A stretch of DNA of 64,000 nucleotides from Pseudobacteriovorax sp. (GCA_050293845.1 JBNKNM010000001.1:1-64000); one strand, 5' to 3'. Shown: positions 19,142 to 29,878, counted from the first letter of the stretch. The notes: generated from the letters alone by a model not told the origin. A program made the numbers and translations.

Positions 19142-21547
19142 ATGGCGAAACCAAACCGCAAGAGTACACTAAAAGTTGTAGACTTGCCGCGATCACAGAT
19201 CATAGAAGACTATAAAATAGCCTTTATCAGTAGAGAAGCAAGTCTCATCGGTCGCAAGGAAGTACTATCAGGAAAAGCCAAATTTGGTATTTTCGGTGAT
19301 GGGAAAGAAGTTGCGCAGGTAGCTATGGCTCGTTACTTTAAAAAAGGCGACTGGCGATCCGGCTATTACCGGGACCAAACTTTTATGTTTGCCTTGGGGG
19401 CGGCAACCGTTCGACAGTTTTTCGCACAACTTTATGCAGACACTAGCCTCGACCGAGAGCCCCATTCAGGAGGCCGGCAAATGAATAGTCACTTTGCATC
19501 GCGTTCCTTAGATGCAAAAGGTGACTGGATAAACCAACTGGAGCAATATAATAGCAGTTCCGATGCATCTCCCACAGCTTGTCAAATGGCAAGGCTTTTG
19601 GGCTTAGCGTACGCATCGAAAATATATCGTCACAATGATTTGCTTGATGACACCCGCTTTTCAAATGCGGGGAATGAGGTGGCCTTCGGTACCATTGGCA
19701 ATGCCTCTACATCAGAAGGGGTCTTTTGGGAATGCCTAAACGCGGCCGGGGTCTTGGAAGTTCCCATGGTTATTTCTATCTGGGACGACGAATATGGCAT
19801 ATCTGTGCCCGCCAAATATCAAACCACAAAAGAGTCCATTTCTGCCATATGTGCTGGATTTTCCAGAGAAAAAGACACAAACGGTTTCAATATATACGTA
19901 GCCAAGGGTTGGGATTATGCAGAACTGATCAATACATACCGCGAAGCCGTATCTGAAGCCCGTAACAAGCATATACCGGCATTAGTTCATGTTATAGAAA
20001 TGACACAACCCCAAGGACATTCCACATCGGGTAGTCACGAGCGCTATAAATCGAAAGATCGTCTGGCTTATGAAAGTTCTTTGGACTGCCTTACCAAAAT
20101 GAGGGCTTGGCTCATAGAAGAAAATATACTTCAGGAATCAGAGCTGGAAATCCTTGAAAAAGAAGCCAAAGAATTCGTTGCCATCGAGCGCAAGGCTGCC
20201 TGGGATGAATACCTAGCTCCCATAAAAGCTGAACGCCAGCAGCTATTATCCATCTTAAGGCCTCTAGCCTCTGAGTATGATCAAAACGTAGAGCTAGCCA
20301 AACTTTTAGGCAACTTGGAACGAAATCCCACAATCAATCGCAAAGCAAATTTAAGCACCGCACGCCATGCTGTTATTGCCTTGAGGCAAACACCTGACAA
20401 GACGGGACCCTTACGCGAATATATCAATCAGCAGTTTACTGAAAATGCTGAGCGATATAACACCAAGCTCTATGGAGACAATGATAAAAGTCCGCTGCAC
20501 GAAAAGGGAACTAAACCTATATATAGTGAAAGCAGCGAAAAGGTTGATGGTCGTCTCGTAATTAAAAAAATTTTCGACCACCATCTGCAAAACGACCCTC
20601 GCTTGTTTATCGTAGGGGAAGATGTTGGTAAATTGGGAGGCGTTAATCTGGAGTTTGACGGCCTCTGTGACAAATATGGAAGCCATCGCGTCACGGATAC
20701 TGGAATCCGTGAGACAACAATCCTAGGCCAAGGCATTGGTTCGGCCCTAAGAGGATTGAAACCGATCGTGGATATCCAATATCTTGATTACTTACTGTAT
20801 GCCTTTCAAACCCTGTCAGACGACCTAGCTACCTTGCATTATCGCACAGCTGGTGGTCAGGCGGCCCCAGTGATTGTTCGTTCTAAAGGCCATCGGCTTG
20901 AAGGTATTTGGCATACAGGATCTCCTATCGGCATGATCTTACATGGTCTGCGAGGGATTCATATCTGTGTCCCGCGAAATATGGTGCAAGCTGCTGGAAT
21001 GTATAACACTCTGCTTGAAGGCGATGACCCGGCTCTGGTGATTGAAGTTCTCAATGGCTATCGTTTGAAAGAAGTCGTACCAGATAACCTGACAACTTAC
21101 AAAGTCCCCTTAGGAGTACCGGAAATCCTCCAGGAGGGTACAGATATTACAGTTGTGACCTATGGTGCCTGCGTAAATATCGTCAGGGAAGCACTGGCAA
21201 CCCTGAATGCTGTAGGAATATCTGTGGAACTGATTGATCCTCAAACTATGCTTCCTTTCGACAAGAAAGGTGTCATTTTTGCGTCATTACAAAAAACCAA
21301 CAGTATCCTCTTTATTGATGAAGATGTCCCTGGAGGAGCTACCTCTTTCATGATGCAACAAGTTTTGGAAAAGCAAGGCGGCTACGAGTACCTTGACGGC
21401 CTTCCCCGCACACTTACCGCCAAGGAGCATCGCAGCCCTTACGGATCTGATGGTGACTACTTCACCAAACCTAGTGCAGAAGATGTATTTGATGCCATCT
21501 ATGAGATCATGCACGAAAAAGATCCGCAACGATTCCCCGCTATATGA
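19142..21547 (+). CDS. Fused 2-oxoacid (probably branched-chain) dehydrogenase E1 alpha/beta
   Basis: GKAKFGIFGDGKE, GYYRDQT, TPP-motif variant GNASTSEG, GHSTSGSH; beta part GEDVG, DTGIRE, IQYLDY. Confidence 0.9.
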   Translation: MAKPNRKSTLKVVDLPRSQIIEDYKIAFISREASLIGRKEVLSGKAKFGIFGDGKEVAQVAMARYFKKGDWRSGYYRDQTFMFALGAATVRQFFAQLYADTSLDREPHSGGRQMNSHFASRSLDAKGDWINQLEQYNSSSDASPTACQMARLLGLAYASKIYRHNDLLDDTRFSNAGNEVAFGTIGNASTSEGVFWECLNAAGVLEVPMVISIWDDEYGISVPAKYQTTKESISAICAGFSREKDTNGFNIYVAKGWDYAELINTYREAVSEARNKHIPALVHVIEMTQPQGHSTSGSHERYKSKDRLAYESSLDCLTKMRAWLIEENILQESELEILEKEAKEFVAIERKAAWDEYLAPIKAERQQLLSILRPLASEYDQNVELAKLLGNLERNPTINRKANLSTARHAVIALRQTPDKTGPLREYINQQFTENAERYNTKLYGDNDKSPLHEKGTKPIYSESSEKVDGRLVIKKIFDHHLQNDPRLFIVGEDVGKLGGVNLEFDGLCDKYGSHRVTDTGIRETTILGQGIGSALRGLKPIVDIQYLDYLLYAFQTLSDDLATLHYRTAGGQAAPVIVRSKGHRLEGIWHTGSPIGMILHGLRGIHICVPRNMVQAAGMYNTLLEGDDPALVIEVLNGYRLKEVVPDNLTTYKVPLGVPEILQEGTDITVVTYGACVNIVREALATLNAVGISVELIDPQTMLPFDKKGVIFASLQKTNSILFIDEDVPGGATSFMMQQVLEKQGGYEYLDGLPRTLTAKEHRSPYGSDGDYFTKPSAEDVFDAIYEIMHEKDPQRFPAI

Positions 21548-21601
21548 ACTTCCATGGCAAGTCCTTCTGGACTTGCCATGATTTCTCGTGGGAAAAGGAG
21601 G

Positions 21602-22297
21602 TTACCAAGGAAGAACTTCCTGGCGAAAATTTATAAATTGGCCAGAATCCTTGAGTTTTACGCTCTCCATGACTTGAAGAAGACCTGCCACAGACTCTTC
21701 AATCTGAGTTGGTGCTTGAGCTCCTCCCATATCTGTTTGCACCCATCCTGGGTGTAATGCCACAATAATCCAGTCGGGAAATTCAAGAGAAAGATTTTTA
21801 TTTATCATATTGAGCGCAGCTTTCGAGGTCCGGTAAGCATAGGCATGACCGCTACTATTATCAGTAATAGATGCCACTCTGCTACTTATATTAAAAACTT
21901 TAGGCTGCGAAGCTTGCCTTAAGAAAGGCAAGCATTGCCTCATCACGATCATAGGTCCTAGGGTATTGACACGAAAGCATTTTTCCATGGCATCCATGGT
22001 TAAAGACGTCAAACCTTCGCCATACTCCAAGAGAATCCCGGCATTGTTTACAAGAACATCGACCACTGTATCAGGAGGTAACGACTGAAAAGCTTCCGCA
22101 ACCATTGTTTCATTCGTTACATCCATTTCGAGAATCTTAAATTTGCTCTTGTACTCACTTTCAAGCTCCCAAAGCTCTCTGGCACTATTCAGCCGGCGGC
22201 AAGTACCAATAACATGATGGGCTTTTTGTAGGAGCCTATGAGCTAGCCCTAAACCTATTCCTCGATTACAACCTGTCACAAGATAAGTGGCCATCAT
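21602..22297 (-). CDS. Short-chain dehydrogenase/reductase (CsgA/C-factor-like)
   Basis: TGCNRGIG, NNAG, YRTSKAALN, HPGWVQTDMGG. Confidence 0.92.
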   Translation of the reverse strand: MMATYLVTGCNRGIGLGLAHRLLQKAHHVIGTCRRLNSARELWELESEYKSKFKILEMDVTNETMVAEAFQSLPPDTVVDVLVNNAGILLEYGEGLTSLTMDAMEKCFRVNTLGPMIVMRQCLPFLRQASQPKVFNISSRVASITDNSSGHAYAYRTSKAALNMINKNLSLEFPDWIIVALHPGWVQTDMGGAQAPTQIEESVAGLLQVMESVKLKDSGQFINFRQEVLPW

Positions 22298-22508
22298 TCA
22301 CCTCGATATCCCAATCCCATGTCTTTTATTAAGCACTTAGCTTAATGCTGAACCTCAACTTATCCTAGGGTCAAAAATACAACTAACTATAATTATTTAA
22401 ATTTATTTTACATAGTTCCATAACAGGCAAATCAATATGACCATTCATAGCGAGTTATTTATTCTGGAGTGTTCTGCTTGGGGAAGATTTTTTCTGGTTA
22501 AATAGCTA

Positions 22509-24266
22509 CTAAGCAACCTCAGTTTTAGAGTCTGCTTTTTGCAGCTGCTTCAAAATAATTGATAATTCCTGAGGGCGATGCAAAAGAAATCCCTGAATGA
22601 GTTCAACACCCATTTCTTTTAGAATTTCGGCCTCTTCCCAGATTTCTACCCCTTCTGCAAGTATCGTGGTGTTCAGTATTTTTGCCGCTCTGACCAAGCC
22701 CCTCACATAAGCTTGCTTAACAGGGTCCATATGGATATCTTGGATCATGCCACGATCAAATTTGATGACGTGAGGTTTAATCTTGATAATACGCTCTAAA
22801 CTAGAATAGCCCTTTCCAAAGTCATCTGCTGCAATACCCATGTTATTACGCTCGAGGTGCTCCCGTGACTTCAGCATCAGATCGAGATTGTTGATCGCCT
22901 CAGATTCAGAAACTTCGAACATCAAATTTTCCGTGCGCTCAAAGCTTTCCTTGAGTCGGTCGATATAGTAAAGGTTGCGCGGAAGAATATTGATCATAAG
23001 AGTTCCTGGCAGATTCTTTGCCACCCTCGCAGCATGCTTCATACAGGCTTGATCTAGTTCTAAGGCGACTTTTGTATACTTCGCCAGTGAAAATAACACA
23101 TCAGGTCTTAAATAACGGCTATCAACACCGCTATCAAAATTATTTGCTTTTTGCACGGCCTCTTGATTAACCCTGATAAGCGACTCAAAGCCATAAATAT
23201 GGCCTCTGAGTGGTGATATCGACTGGTTCTTGGTCACCTCATCCACTAGCTCTTTAGTAAGATTCTGTAGATTAAAGACCCCTTGATAGTAGGGTCGCAG
23301 CAGGTCCTCAGATTGAATGAGGGTTTGCATCAGTTCTCGTTGACGTTCTCTTCCGCGTTTTTGTTGCGAAGAAGCCATTTGTTTGCTGGCTTCCAAACCA
23401 CTATCCAATATTTCCTGAACGTCGATACAAGGATTATTTAAAACTCCGAAAAAACCTACACCCACAAGGGGTATACTCTGCACACAGGCTGGAATCCGAC
23501 GGTTTTTACGTGGCGCAAAAAGTTCATCCCAAAGGGAATTATGGATGGCATTTGAGATACGATCGGCAACCTTTTCGAGAGCCCCAGGATATGGTAAAGC
23601 ACCTGTCTCGCGAGAACGATTCATAAAGATGACATAACTATTACTAGTAAGTGAGGTGCGACAAATCACATCGCTATCACGAAAGCTCCCTGCCTGCCCC
23701 CAAAGGGAAAACAAAATATCGTGAAAAACATCTTTCATATTATTATAAACATCGATACCGTACTCGACGCTAATTTTGTTAAAGCTGGATGCATCGATGG
23801 TGAGAATACCGAGACCACCAAAACTTCGGAGCATGGAAATAGGAATCTGGGGATTATAAAAAGGAATAGACTTGCATCTTCCCTTGACCCCTTGATCTGC
23901 CTTAATTCCCCCAAAAAGGCTGGCAGTTGTCAGTAAGTCATTATAATTCTGCTTAGTTAACACTGTTAGCTGGTCATTAAACTCGTGGCTTTCCGACTGT
24001 GCCACAGAGTTATTCAGTCCTCCGGCTGATTGCACAATAAGAACCGGTAACCTACGCCCCAGACTGTTCAGGATGTCAATGGTCGCTTCACGGGGAAAAG
24101 CAGGAAAGTTATCATCTGCTATGATAGCGATTACGTCCTGCTCATATAGCTCAGATAAAAAATTCTTACCTTGCACCTTGATAAGCTTCGACTCAAGGCC
24201 TACTTCAAGTAAGTCATCCTTGAGTTTTTTGGCAAGATTCATATCTTGTAACGCAATCACAATCAT
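22509..24266 (-). CDS. EAL-domain c-di-GMP phosphodiesterase with degenerate N-terminal domains
   Basis: GFESLIR, INILP, FEVSESE, DDFGKGYSS, IKFDR, AEGVE, QGFL. Confidence 0.88.
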   Translation of the reverse strand: MIVIALQDMNLAKKLKDDLLEVGLESKLIKVQGKNFLSELYEQDVIAIIADDNFPAFPREATIDILNSLGRRLPVLIVQSAGGLNNSVAQSESHEFNDQLTVLTKQNYNDLLTTASLFGGIKADQGVKGRCKSIPFYNPQIPISMLRSFGGLGILTIDASSFNKISVEYGIDVYNNMKDVFHDILFSLWGQAGSFRDSDVICRTSLTSNSYVIFMNRSRETGALPYPGALEKVADRISNAIHNSLWDELFAPRKNRRIPACVQSIPLVGVGFFGVLNNPCIDVQEILDSGLEASKQMASSQQKRGRERQRELMQTLIQSEDLLRPYYQGVFNLQNLTKELVDEVTKNQSISPLRGHIYGFESLIRVNQEAVQKANNFDSGVDSRYLRPDVLFSLAKYTKVALELDQACMKHAARVAKNLPGTLMINILPRNLYYIDRLKESFERTENLMFEVSESEAINNLDLMLKSREHLERNNMGIAADDFGKGYSSLERIIKIKPHVIKFDRGMIQDIHMDPVKQAYVRGLVRAAKILNTTILAEGVEIWEEAEILKEMGVELIQGFLLHRPQELSIILKQLQKADSKTEVA

Positions 24267-24476
24267 GTAATAGCTAATCCTAGTATAATCAGTACCATAC
24301 GATTACAAAGAACCCTATCGGTAGCATTTTAAAAAAGTTAAGCTTTTTGAACTTTATATAGGGCCTATGGGGTAAACTTTGGTTTTCTTGGCTATTTTCG
24401 TTAATATATAGCACTACCCGTGCCTCTCTCCCTCATGATAGGTCGCAGGTGAGCGTCAATAATTAGAGGATTTACT

Positions 24477-25514
24477 ATGCTCTTTCCCATACAAAAAACA
24501 TTCACAAAAAGGCTAATTTCTTCCTGCAATTCTCGGAAATTATCCATAGCTTTTCCCGAAGGGGATGATCCGCGCGTGCTAGGAGCGAGCTTAGAGCTTT
24601 TGAGGCAGAACTGCGTCAAAAAAATAGCTATTTTGGGGGATTTTTTATCTATAAGGTCAACGATCAATACACAAGTTCCAAACTTTCCTATCGACGATTC
24701 CCGACTCGTATGGATAAATCGCGATTACAAGGATATCGAGGAGTTGGCAGCTCAAACCTACGGTGATTACCTAAAAAAGCGAAACAAGCCTGGAACATCA
24801 GAACAGATTATCAACTGGTCTAAGCACCCTGCAAACCAAGCGGCTGCTCTCATCCATAATAGCATAGTAGATTGTGCCTTGGGGGGATGCAGATATACAA
24901 CGGCAGAAATTATCCGCTCTGCGATACAAGGAGTGGGACTCAGAGAAGGAAATAGAACTATCAGCGGTGCGTTTGCTATGGTTAGAGAGCAGGATTCGCA
25001 ATTAGACCAGTTTATGTTTAGCGATTGTGGTGTTGTCATAGACCCAACCACGGAGCAGCTAGTGGATATTGCTAAAGATACCGCCGAGACCTTCAAGCAG
25101 CTCTACCCAGAAGAAATCGTCAGAGTCGCTTTTCTTTCATTCTCAACAAAAGGCTCCGCAGAACACCCCTATGTGGCAAAGGTCGCTGCGGCCAGTCGCA
25201 TTTTTAAAGATCGTTATCCCGAGATTACTGCCGATGGTGAGTTGCAATTCGACGCTGCTTTTCTACCCGAGATTGCGGCAAGAAAATGCCCCGATAGCGC
25301 CATCGGTGGACGGGCGAACTGCTTTATCTTCCCCAACCTTGATGCCGGGAATCTGGCCTATAAAATCACCCAGCGGCTAGCAGGATTTGATGCCTTTGGC
25401 CCCATACTTCAAGGAAGCGCCAAACCTTATTCAGACCTTTCCCGTGGAGCCAGTGCATATGACATTTTTATAGCGGCTCTTATAACCATGCTCCGGGTGA
25501 AAGCTAATTCTTAG
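24477..25514 (+). CDS. pta: Phosphate acetyltransferase (short, class I)
   Basis: FPEGDDPRVL, FLSFSTKGSA, DGELQFDAA, FPNLDAGNLAYK, DLSRG. Confidence 0.93.
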   Translation: MLFPIQKTFTKRLISSCNSRKLSIAFPEGDDPRVLGASLELLRQNCVKKIAILGDFLSIRSTINTQVPNFPIDDSRLVWINRDYKDIEELAAQTYGDYLKKRNKPGTSEQIINWSKHPANQAAALIHNSIVDCALGGCRYTTAEIIRSAIQGVGLREGNRTISGAFAMVREQDSQLDQFMFSDCGVVIDPTTEQLVDIAKDTAETFKQLYPEEIVRVAFLSFSTKGSAEHPYVAKVAAASRIFKDRYPEITADGELQFDAAFLPEIAARKCPDSAIGGRANCFIFPNLDAGNLAYKITQRLAGFDAFGPILQGSAKPYSDLSRGASAYDIFIAALITMLRVKANS

Positions 25515-25775
25515 CAAATTCTGGAAGCCTTTTTCAGCGAATGAAGTTTACACCGGATCTCCTAGCCGATACCATGATTTACTGGGATTTTAGGTAGTGT
25601 CAGCGGGCAAATTGTTAATCCCGGCTCTTAAATTTACACCTGACTCTTCGTCCCTTAGGAAAAAAGTGCCCTTATTAACTTGGGTTAACTCCGCTACTTT
25701 TTTCCGCGTGCGCCGATTCTGGTGAAAATAGCGAACCAGGTTCGCGCTGTTGACAAACAAGGAGTTCAAAGAAAA

Positions 25776-25928
25776 ATGCGAACTCAATTTTTAAGATCCC
25801 TGGTTAACGAATTAAAGAGCGCGAGGATGCAAGACGTTTTCTACAAGGCAGATGACAAATTACGAAAAGACTATCCTATGTTTGAGCAAACCACGGAGAA
25901 ACCAGTTTCTTTGGGGGTTATGGGATGA
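25776..25928 (+). CDS. Small hypothetical protein
   Basis: GGAG at 25761 before ATG 25776. The stop overlaps the next start (ATGA). No recognisable motif. Confidence 0.4.
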   Translation: MRTQFLRSLVNELKSARMQDVFYKADDKLRKDYPMFEQTTEKPVSLGVMG

Positions 25929-27145
25929 CTTGGCTCCATAATCATTCAGAAACCACTATCGTAGCGGTAGCTGTTGTTCTCCTGTTGCTGACTCTTGCCA
26001 TTACCATCCTGATTTATAGGCGTAAAAAGCCTGGCCCCATCATCCCTGTTCAGTATTCCAAACAAAAGCCTAGGGTTCCTTTCCATATTCTCAGCTTTCA
26101 AGACGACTGTCCTTTTAACTATCGGAATCCTTATCTTGATGGTCAATCTCATGAATGGCGTGAGGAGATGGCTCAAATAGGTAAAAAGCTAGATTCTCAT
26201 TCTGTCAGTCACGTATATTTCGTCCACGGCTCTTTTGTTGGTGATGACCCTTTCGGCATTATTCCCACTCTCCGCCGCATTCACCCGAACATGAGCCCTA
26301 GCACGGAACTTAATATTCGCCAGAAGGTGAGACGTGGTTACGAGAAGATCACCAAAGATACAGGGAACTACTTAGCCGAATATGTTGACCTATTCCGTAT
26401 CGCAACGGGAACCAAGGCGCAGTGCAAAACCTTTGTTTGGTCCTCAGCCAACCATCATGTGGCAAGGCTTGTAGGTGCTTTGGACCTCATCCGCAAGCTT
26501 GCCAAGGATTTGCCTGATCTTCCTGTAAGCCACATCCTTCTTTTAGGGCATAGTCACGGGGGACAAACCTTCGCTCTTTTTTCGCACCTAGTTAATATGA
26601 CCCATCTAGGCAATCAACTATGGGATATTCTTATCAGGAATGAAAAAGCCACTCTCCTTGAAAAGCGCCTTGTTTATAAGCTTAAAAAATTTTACTTCGA
26701 CTTTGTTACTTTTGGCACCCCTTACCGCTACTCTTGGAGATTGAGTAAAAAAATGAAGCTGATCAATATCATTAATCATAGAGGAAAAAGCTTTTTAGCA
26801 GAAAAATCTTTGGGATTCTGGAAAACTTCTGGTGGGGATTACGTTCAGCAGTGGGGTATTGCTGGTTCTGACTCTTTAGCTGCCTCTAGCCGGGATCGGG
26901 CAATCAATCGTGAAATCGACAAATTACTAGGCTCTGGTGTTGACCCTAAGAGTTGGCTGGAAAATATGGCAAAAGGTATGCGCGTCCCGGAAGCTGGAAC
27001 GACCTACCTTGTAGACTACCGTGATCAAAGCCTTATGGTACCCAACTTTATGAAAACTGTCTTTGGCCATGGCGTCTATACAAAGTACGAGGTGATGCTG
27101 TTCAATACGCGGCTTATTACCAATGAGTTCTACGATGATAACTGA
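25925..27145 (+). CDS. Membrane-anchored alpha/beta-hydrolase-like protein
   Basis: N-terminal TM, FVHGSF oxyanion-like motif, nucleophile elbow GHSHGG, VTFGTP, C-terminal GHGVY. Confidence 0.7.
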   Translation: MTWLHNHSETTIVAVAVVLLLLTLAITILIYRRKKPGPIIPVQYSKQKPRVPFHILSFQDDCPFNYRNPYLDGQSHEWREEMAQIGKKLDSHSVSHVYFVHGSFVGDDPFGIIPTLRRIHPNMSPSTELNIRQKVRRGYEKITKDTGNYLAEYVDLFRIATGTKAQCKTFVWSSANHHVARLVGALDLIRKLAKDLPDLPVSHILLLGHSHGGQTFALFSHLVNMTHLGNQLWDILIRNEKATLLEKRLVYKLKKFYFDFVTFGTPYRYSWRLSKKMKLINIINHRGKSFLAEKSLGFWKTSGGDYVQQWGIAGSDSLAASSRDRAINREIDKLLGSGVDPKSWLENMAKGMRVPEAGTTYLVDYRDQSLMVPNFMKTVFGHGVYTKYEVMLFNTRLITNEFYDDN

Positions 27146-27683
27146 CAGTTATTACTTGGATACGAACTGACCCTTAGCTTTAGACTATGGTAGGACGGCA
27201 GGGCAGAAATCTGCCCCTCTACGTGGGAAATAGGCACCATTTTCATGGCAATAGGACGGCATCCGTCGACAGAGATATATTCTCTAGCGCGATTTCGAGT
27301 AAAAAACTCGAAACTCAATCGACGGGGCAGGACATGCGCCAATGACGAATTAACGATAGCAACTTGACTGCTAACAATGGGAAAGATATAAGGGTGCTGA
27401 TTTTGTACAATACCCTTTCCACTCCATTCTTTGGGCATAAAGTTGGGGTGGAACTTTCATTTGTGCTTCAAGTGGAAAAACATAGAAAATTCCAAAAGCT
27501 CAAACTCATTGACGACCTACCCATCTTCTTCCAAAGTGACCGCAATCTGTCAACAACCAATGGGTTTTTTAGGAAAAGTTTTCGAGCGCGGTGAGCACTT
27601 TCCTAGCATCAGATCGTTCAGGCTAAGCACTTTTTAATTTGCATTAATCGCCAGAATATGTTCTTTATCGATGATTCTATACA

Positions 27684-28478
27684 ATGCTTTTTTCGTCTAC
27701 AGAAATGCGAGATATTGTCATGGTTGACGATCAAGAATTATTAAAAGACTTAGTAAATGCGATTTCTGCTTGGATTGAAGGTGGACGAGGGCGCAGTTTA
27801 TCTGCACTGGCTCGGCGTTGTAGCATTGCTTACTCAACCATTCGCAGAATTGCACAGCATGAGAGTACCCCTCATCCCTATACAGCTTTAGCCATATGTG
27901 AAATTGTCATGGCTACCGAGCAAAGAGTAGTATTTCTAAAAAAGCACTTTCCCATCATCGGCAATTTGATGGAAGATTGCTATTCGAAAAATATTCGGCC
28001 TGAGCCAAACGAGGAACAACTTAGCAAGTTTCTTTCCCAAGAGCCTCATAACAGAATATTTAATATAGCCGCAACCTCAGCGGGAGCCTCCCGTTTGGCA
28101 ATACGCCGTCTTGCCGGTGATATTGGTATCGAAGCTTTAGACGAAATGGTAGCAGCCGGTATTTTATATGAAGTTGATAACGATACCGTCAAGTATTCCC
28201 ATGAAAATTGGGCCTTAGGAAATGTGGAAGACACCTTGAGACAGATTCGCTTAGGTACTCAACACTTTGATAAGAGCCTTATTGGCACCGATGGTGCCAG
28301 CTTGATGCACGCAACGGGAGCCATATCAGCAGAAGCAGTTCCTGAGCTAAAAAAGTTGATTCTGAAATTCATAACGGACGTTAATAGTCTAAAAAATCGC
28401 CCCCAGACTGAGGGAGGAGTTCACTTCTTCTGCAACTTGATGTACTCATTGTATGACAAGGAAGAGTGGAGTCGCTAA
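27684..28478 (+). CDS. HTH protein, TIGR02147/DUF4423-like putative regulator
   Basis: N-terminal HTH RSLSALARRCSIAYSTIRRI, a central winged-helix-like segment (ALDEMVAAGIL), and C-terminal ELKKLILKFI...FFCNL. The start may be ATG 27705 or 27720. Confidence 0.6.
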   Translation: MLFSSTEMRDIVMVDDQELLKDLVNAISAWIEGGRGRSLSALARRCSIAYSTIRRIAQHESTPHPYTALAICEIVMATEQRVVFLKKHFPIIGNLMEDCYSKNIRPEPNEEQLSKFLSQEPHNRIFNIAATSAGASRLAIRRLAGDIGIEALDEMVAAGILYEVDNDTVKYSHENWALGNVEDTLRQIRLGTQHFDKSLIGTDGASLMHATGAISAEAVPELKKLILKFITDVNSLKNRPQTEGGVHFFCNLMYSLYDKEEWSR

Positions 28479-28490
28479 AGGGACAACAAT

Positions 28491-28847
28491 ATGAAAAAAT
28501 TTATATTAGTATTATCATTATTTGCTTTCACAATCCCATTGTTTGGCAGCGGTTCAGATACGGTATTTAAGCCTATATCTCAATATCGCCTTACAGATGA
28601 CCTGAGTGAGGTAATCACTCCCCCGAATCAAAAAGATAAACTGTCGAATCTAGATCGACCCATCCTAGTTGTGAAAGTAGGTTGGCGGAATTACTGGGAA
28701 GCTTATGTATATATATGCTTTGGCTTCAATGTAGGAGTTCAGCTCAAAGGTTACGAACCTTTCTTAATTTTCAGTTGGGATGCCACACTTGAAGCTATTA
28801 CGGCCGAGGGACCTGATGGAGTCGCCCTCTATATATTAAGTCCCTAA
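28491..28847 (+). CDS. Small secreted hypothetical protein
   Basis: Signal-peptide-like MKKFILVLSLFAFTIPLFG; AAGGGA upstream. Confidence 0.65.
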   Translation: MKKFILVLSLFAFTIPLFGSGSDTVFKPISQYRLTDDLSEVITPPNQKDKLSNLDRPILVVKVGWRNYWEAYVYICFGFNVGVQLKGYEPFLIFSWDATLEAITAEGPDGVALYILSP

Positions 28848-28857
28848 AGGAATTTTC

Positions 28858-29337
28858 ATGCGAATTCTTTTCGTATGTTTAGGAAACATCTGCCGCTCTC
28901 CAGCGGCAGAGTCCATATTTAGCCATCTCATAAAAGCCCGCAATGCCCAGGATCGCGTTTCCTGCGACTCAGCTGGTACCGCTTCTTATCACCAGGGTGA
29001 AAAAGCGGACCCGCGCATGTTACAGGCACTCAGAGCCCAGGGCTATCCAGAACCATCGCGATCCAGACCTGTTATTAGCAGTGATTTTTACAATTTTGAT
29101 CTTATTCTGGCTATGGATCGCAGTAACTACAATAATCTGCGAAAAAGCTGCCCCAAACCCGAGTTACAGGGCAAAATAAAATTGTTTTGCTCCTTTGGCA
29201 TTACCCATGAGGAGGAGGTTCCGGACCCTTATTACGGGGGAAACCAGGGATTTACCATGGTAATTAAACTAGTCGAGGGCGTTTGCATATCACTCATCGA
29301 AGATTGTCTCAATGTAACAAGTCCCCCAAGTTCATAA
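28858..29337 (+). CDS. Low molecular weight protein-tyrosine phosphatase
   Basis: P-loop VCLGNICRSP, DSAGT, DPYYG. Confidence 0.95.
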   Translation: MRILFVCLGNICRSPAAESIFSHLIKARNAQDRVSCDSAGTASYHQGEKADPRMLQALRAQGYPEPSRSRPVISSDFYNFDLILAMDRSNYNNLRKSCPKPELQGKIKLFCSFGITHEEEVPDPYYGGNQGFTMVIKLVEGVCISLIEDCLNVTSPPSS

Positions 29338-29407
29338 CCATTAGTAACAGCTCCGAGCTCAAAACCCTCTTTGCACCGAAATTTAAGGTTTAGAATTAAG
29401 CTAGCTC

Positions 29408-29878
29408 CTAGGGGGACACATCGTCATCACCGAGTAAAACACGTAATTTTTTCAGGCAGCATATCATTTCACTCCTCTCTTCCCGGGGTAAAGGACCCAA
29501 AATACGGCTGACCTTCCTCTCCACGAGATCGGGGAGTTGGCTCCTTATTTGGCGTCCTTTCGAAGTCAAAGAAATGATAAAACCACGCCCCGTTGCATGG
29601 GGTGTTCTTCGCAGCCATCCGTTGCGAATCATCCTTGTAAGGATCCGCGAGATATTGCCCTTATCTTTTAGAGTAAGTTCGGACAGATCACGCTGGCTGA
29701 TACCATGCTGTTGATCAATGAGCTGTAACACTTCCCATTGCTCAGGAGATACTTGATGATATCCAATGACATCGAGTACGAGACGTCGCATTAACAAAGT
29801 CGCGCGATCGAGATTAAAAAATAGATCCTCATTAAGAGCATCTGGTACCACTAATCCTCCACTTCTTGTGCCATTCAT
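29408..29878 (-). CDS. MarR family transcriptional regulator
   Basis: SPEQWEVL, ISQRDLSELT..DKGNISRILTRM...GW, LTSKG. Confidence 0.9.
   Translation of the reverse strand: MNGTRSGGLVVPDALNEDLFFNLDRATLLMRRLVLDVIGYHQVSPEQWEVLQLIDQQHGISQRDLSELTLKDKGNISRILTRMIRNGWLRRTPHATGRGFIISLTSKGRQIRSQLPDLVERKVSRILGPLPREERSEMICCLKKLRVLLGDDDVSP

Noticed and set aside
21602..22297. Myxobacterial C-signal (csgA) role
   Set aside because: This SDR subfamily is ubiquitous and there is no developmental gene context.
27130..27637. Short ORFs 27130-27438 (-), 27364-27594 (+) and 27431-27637 (+)
   Set aside because: They overlap one another and show no convincing RBS or recognisable motif.
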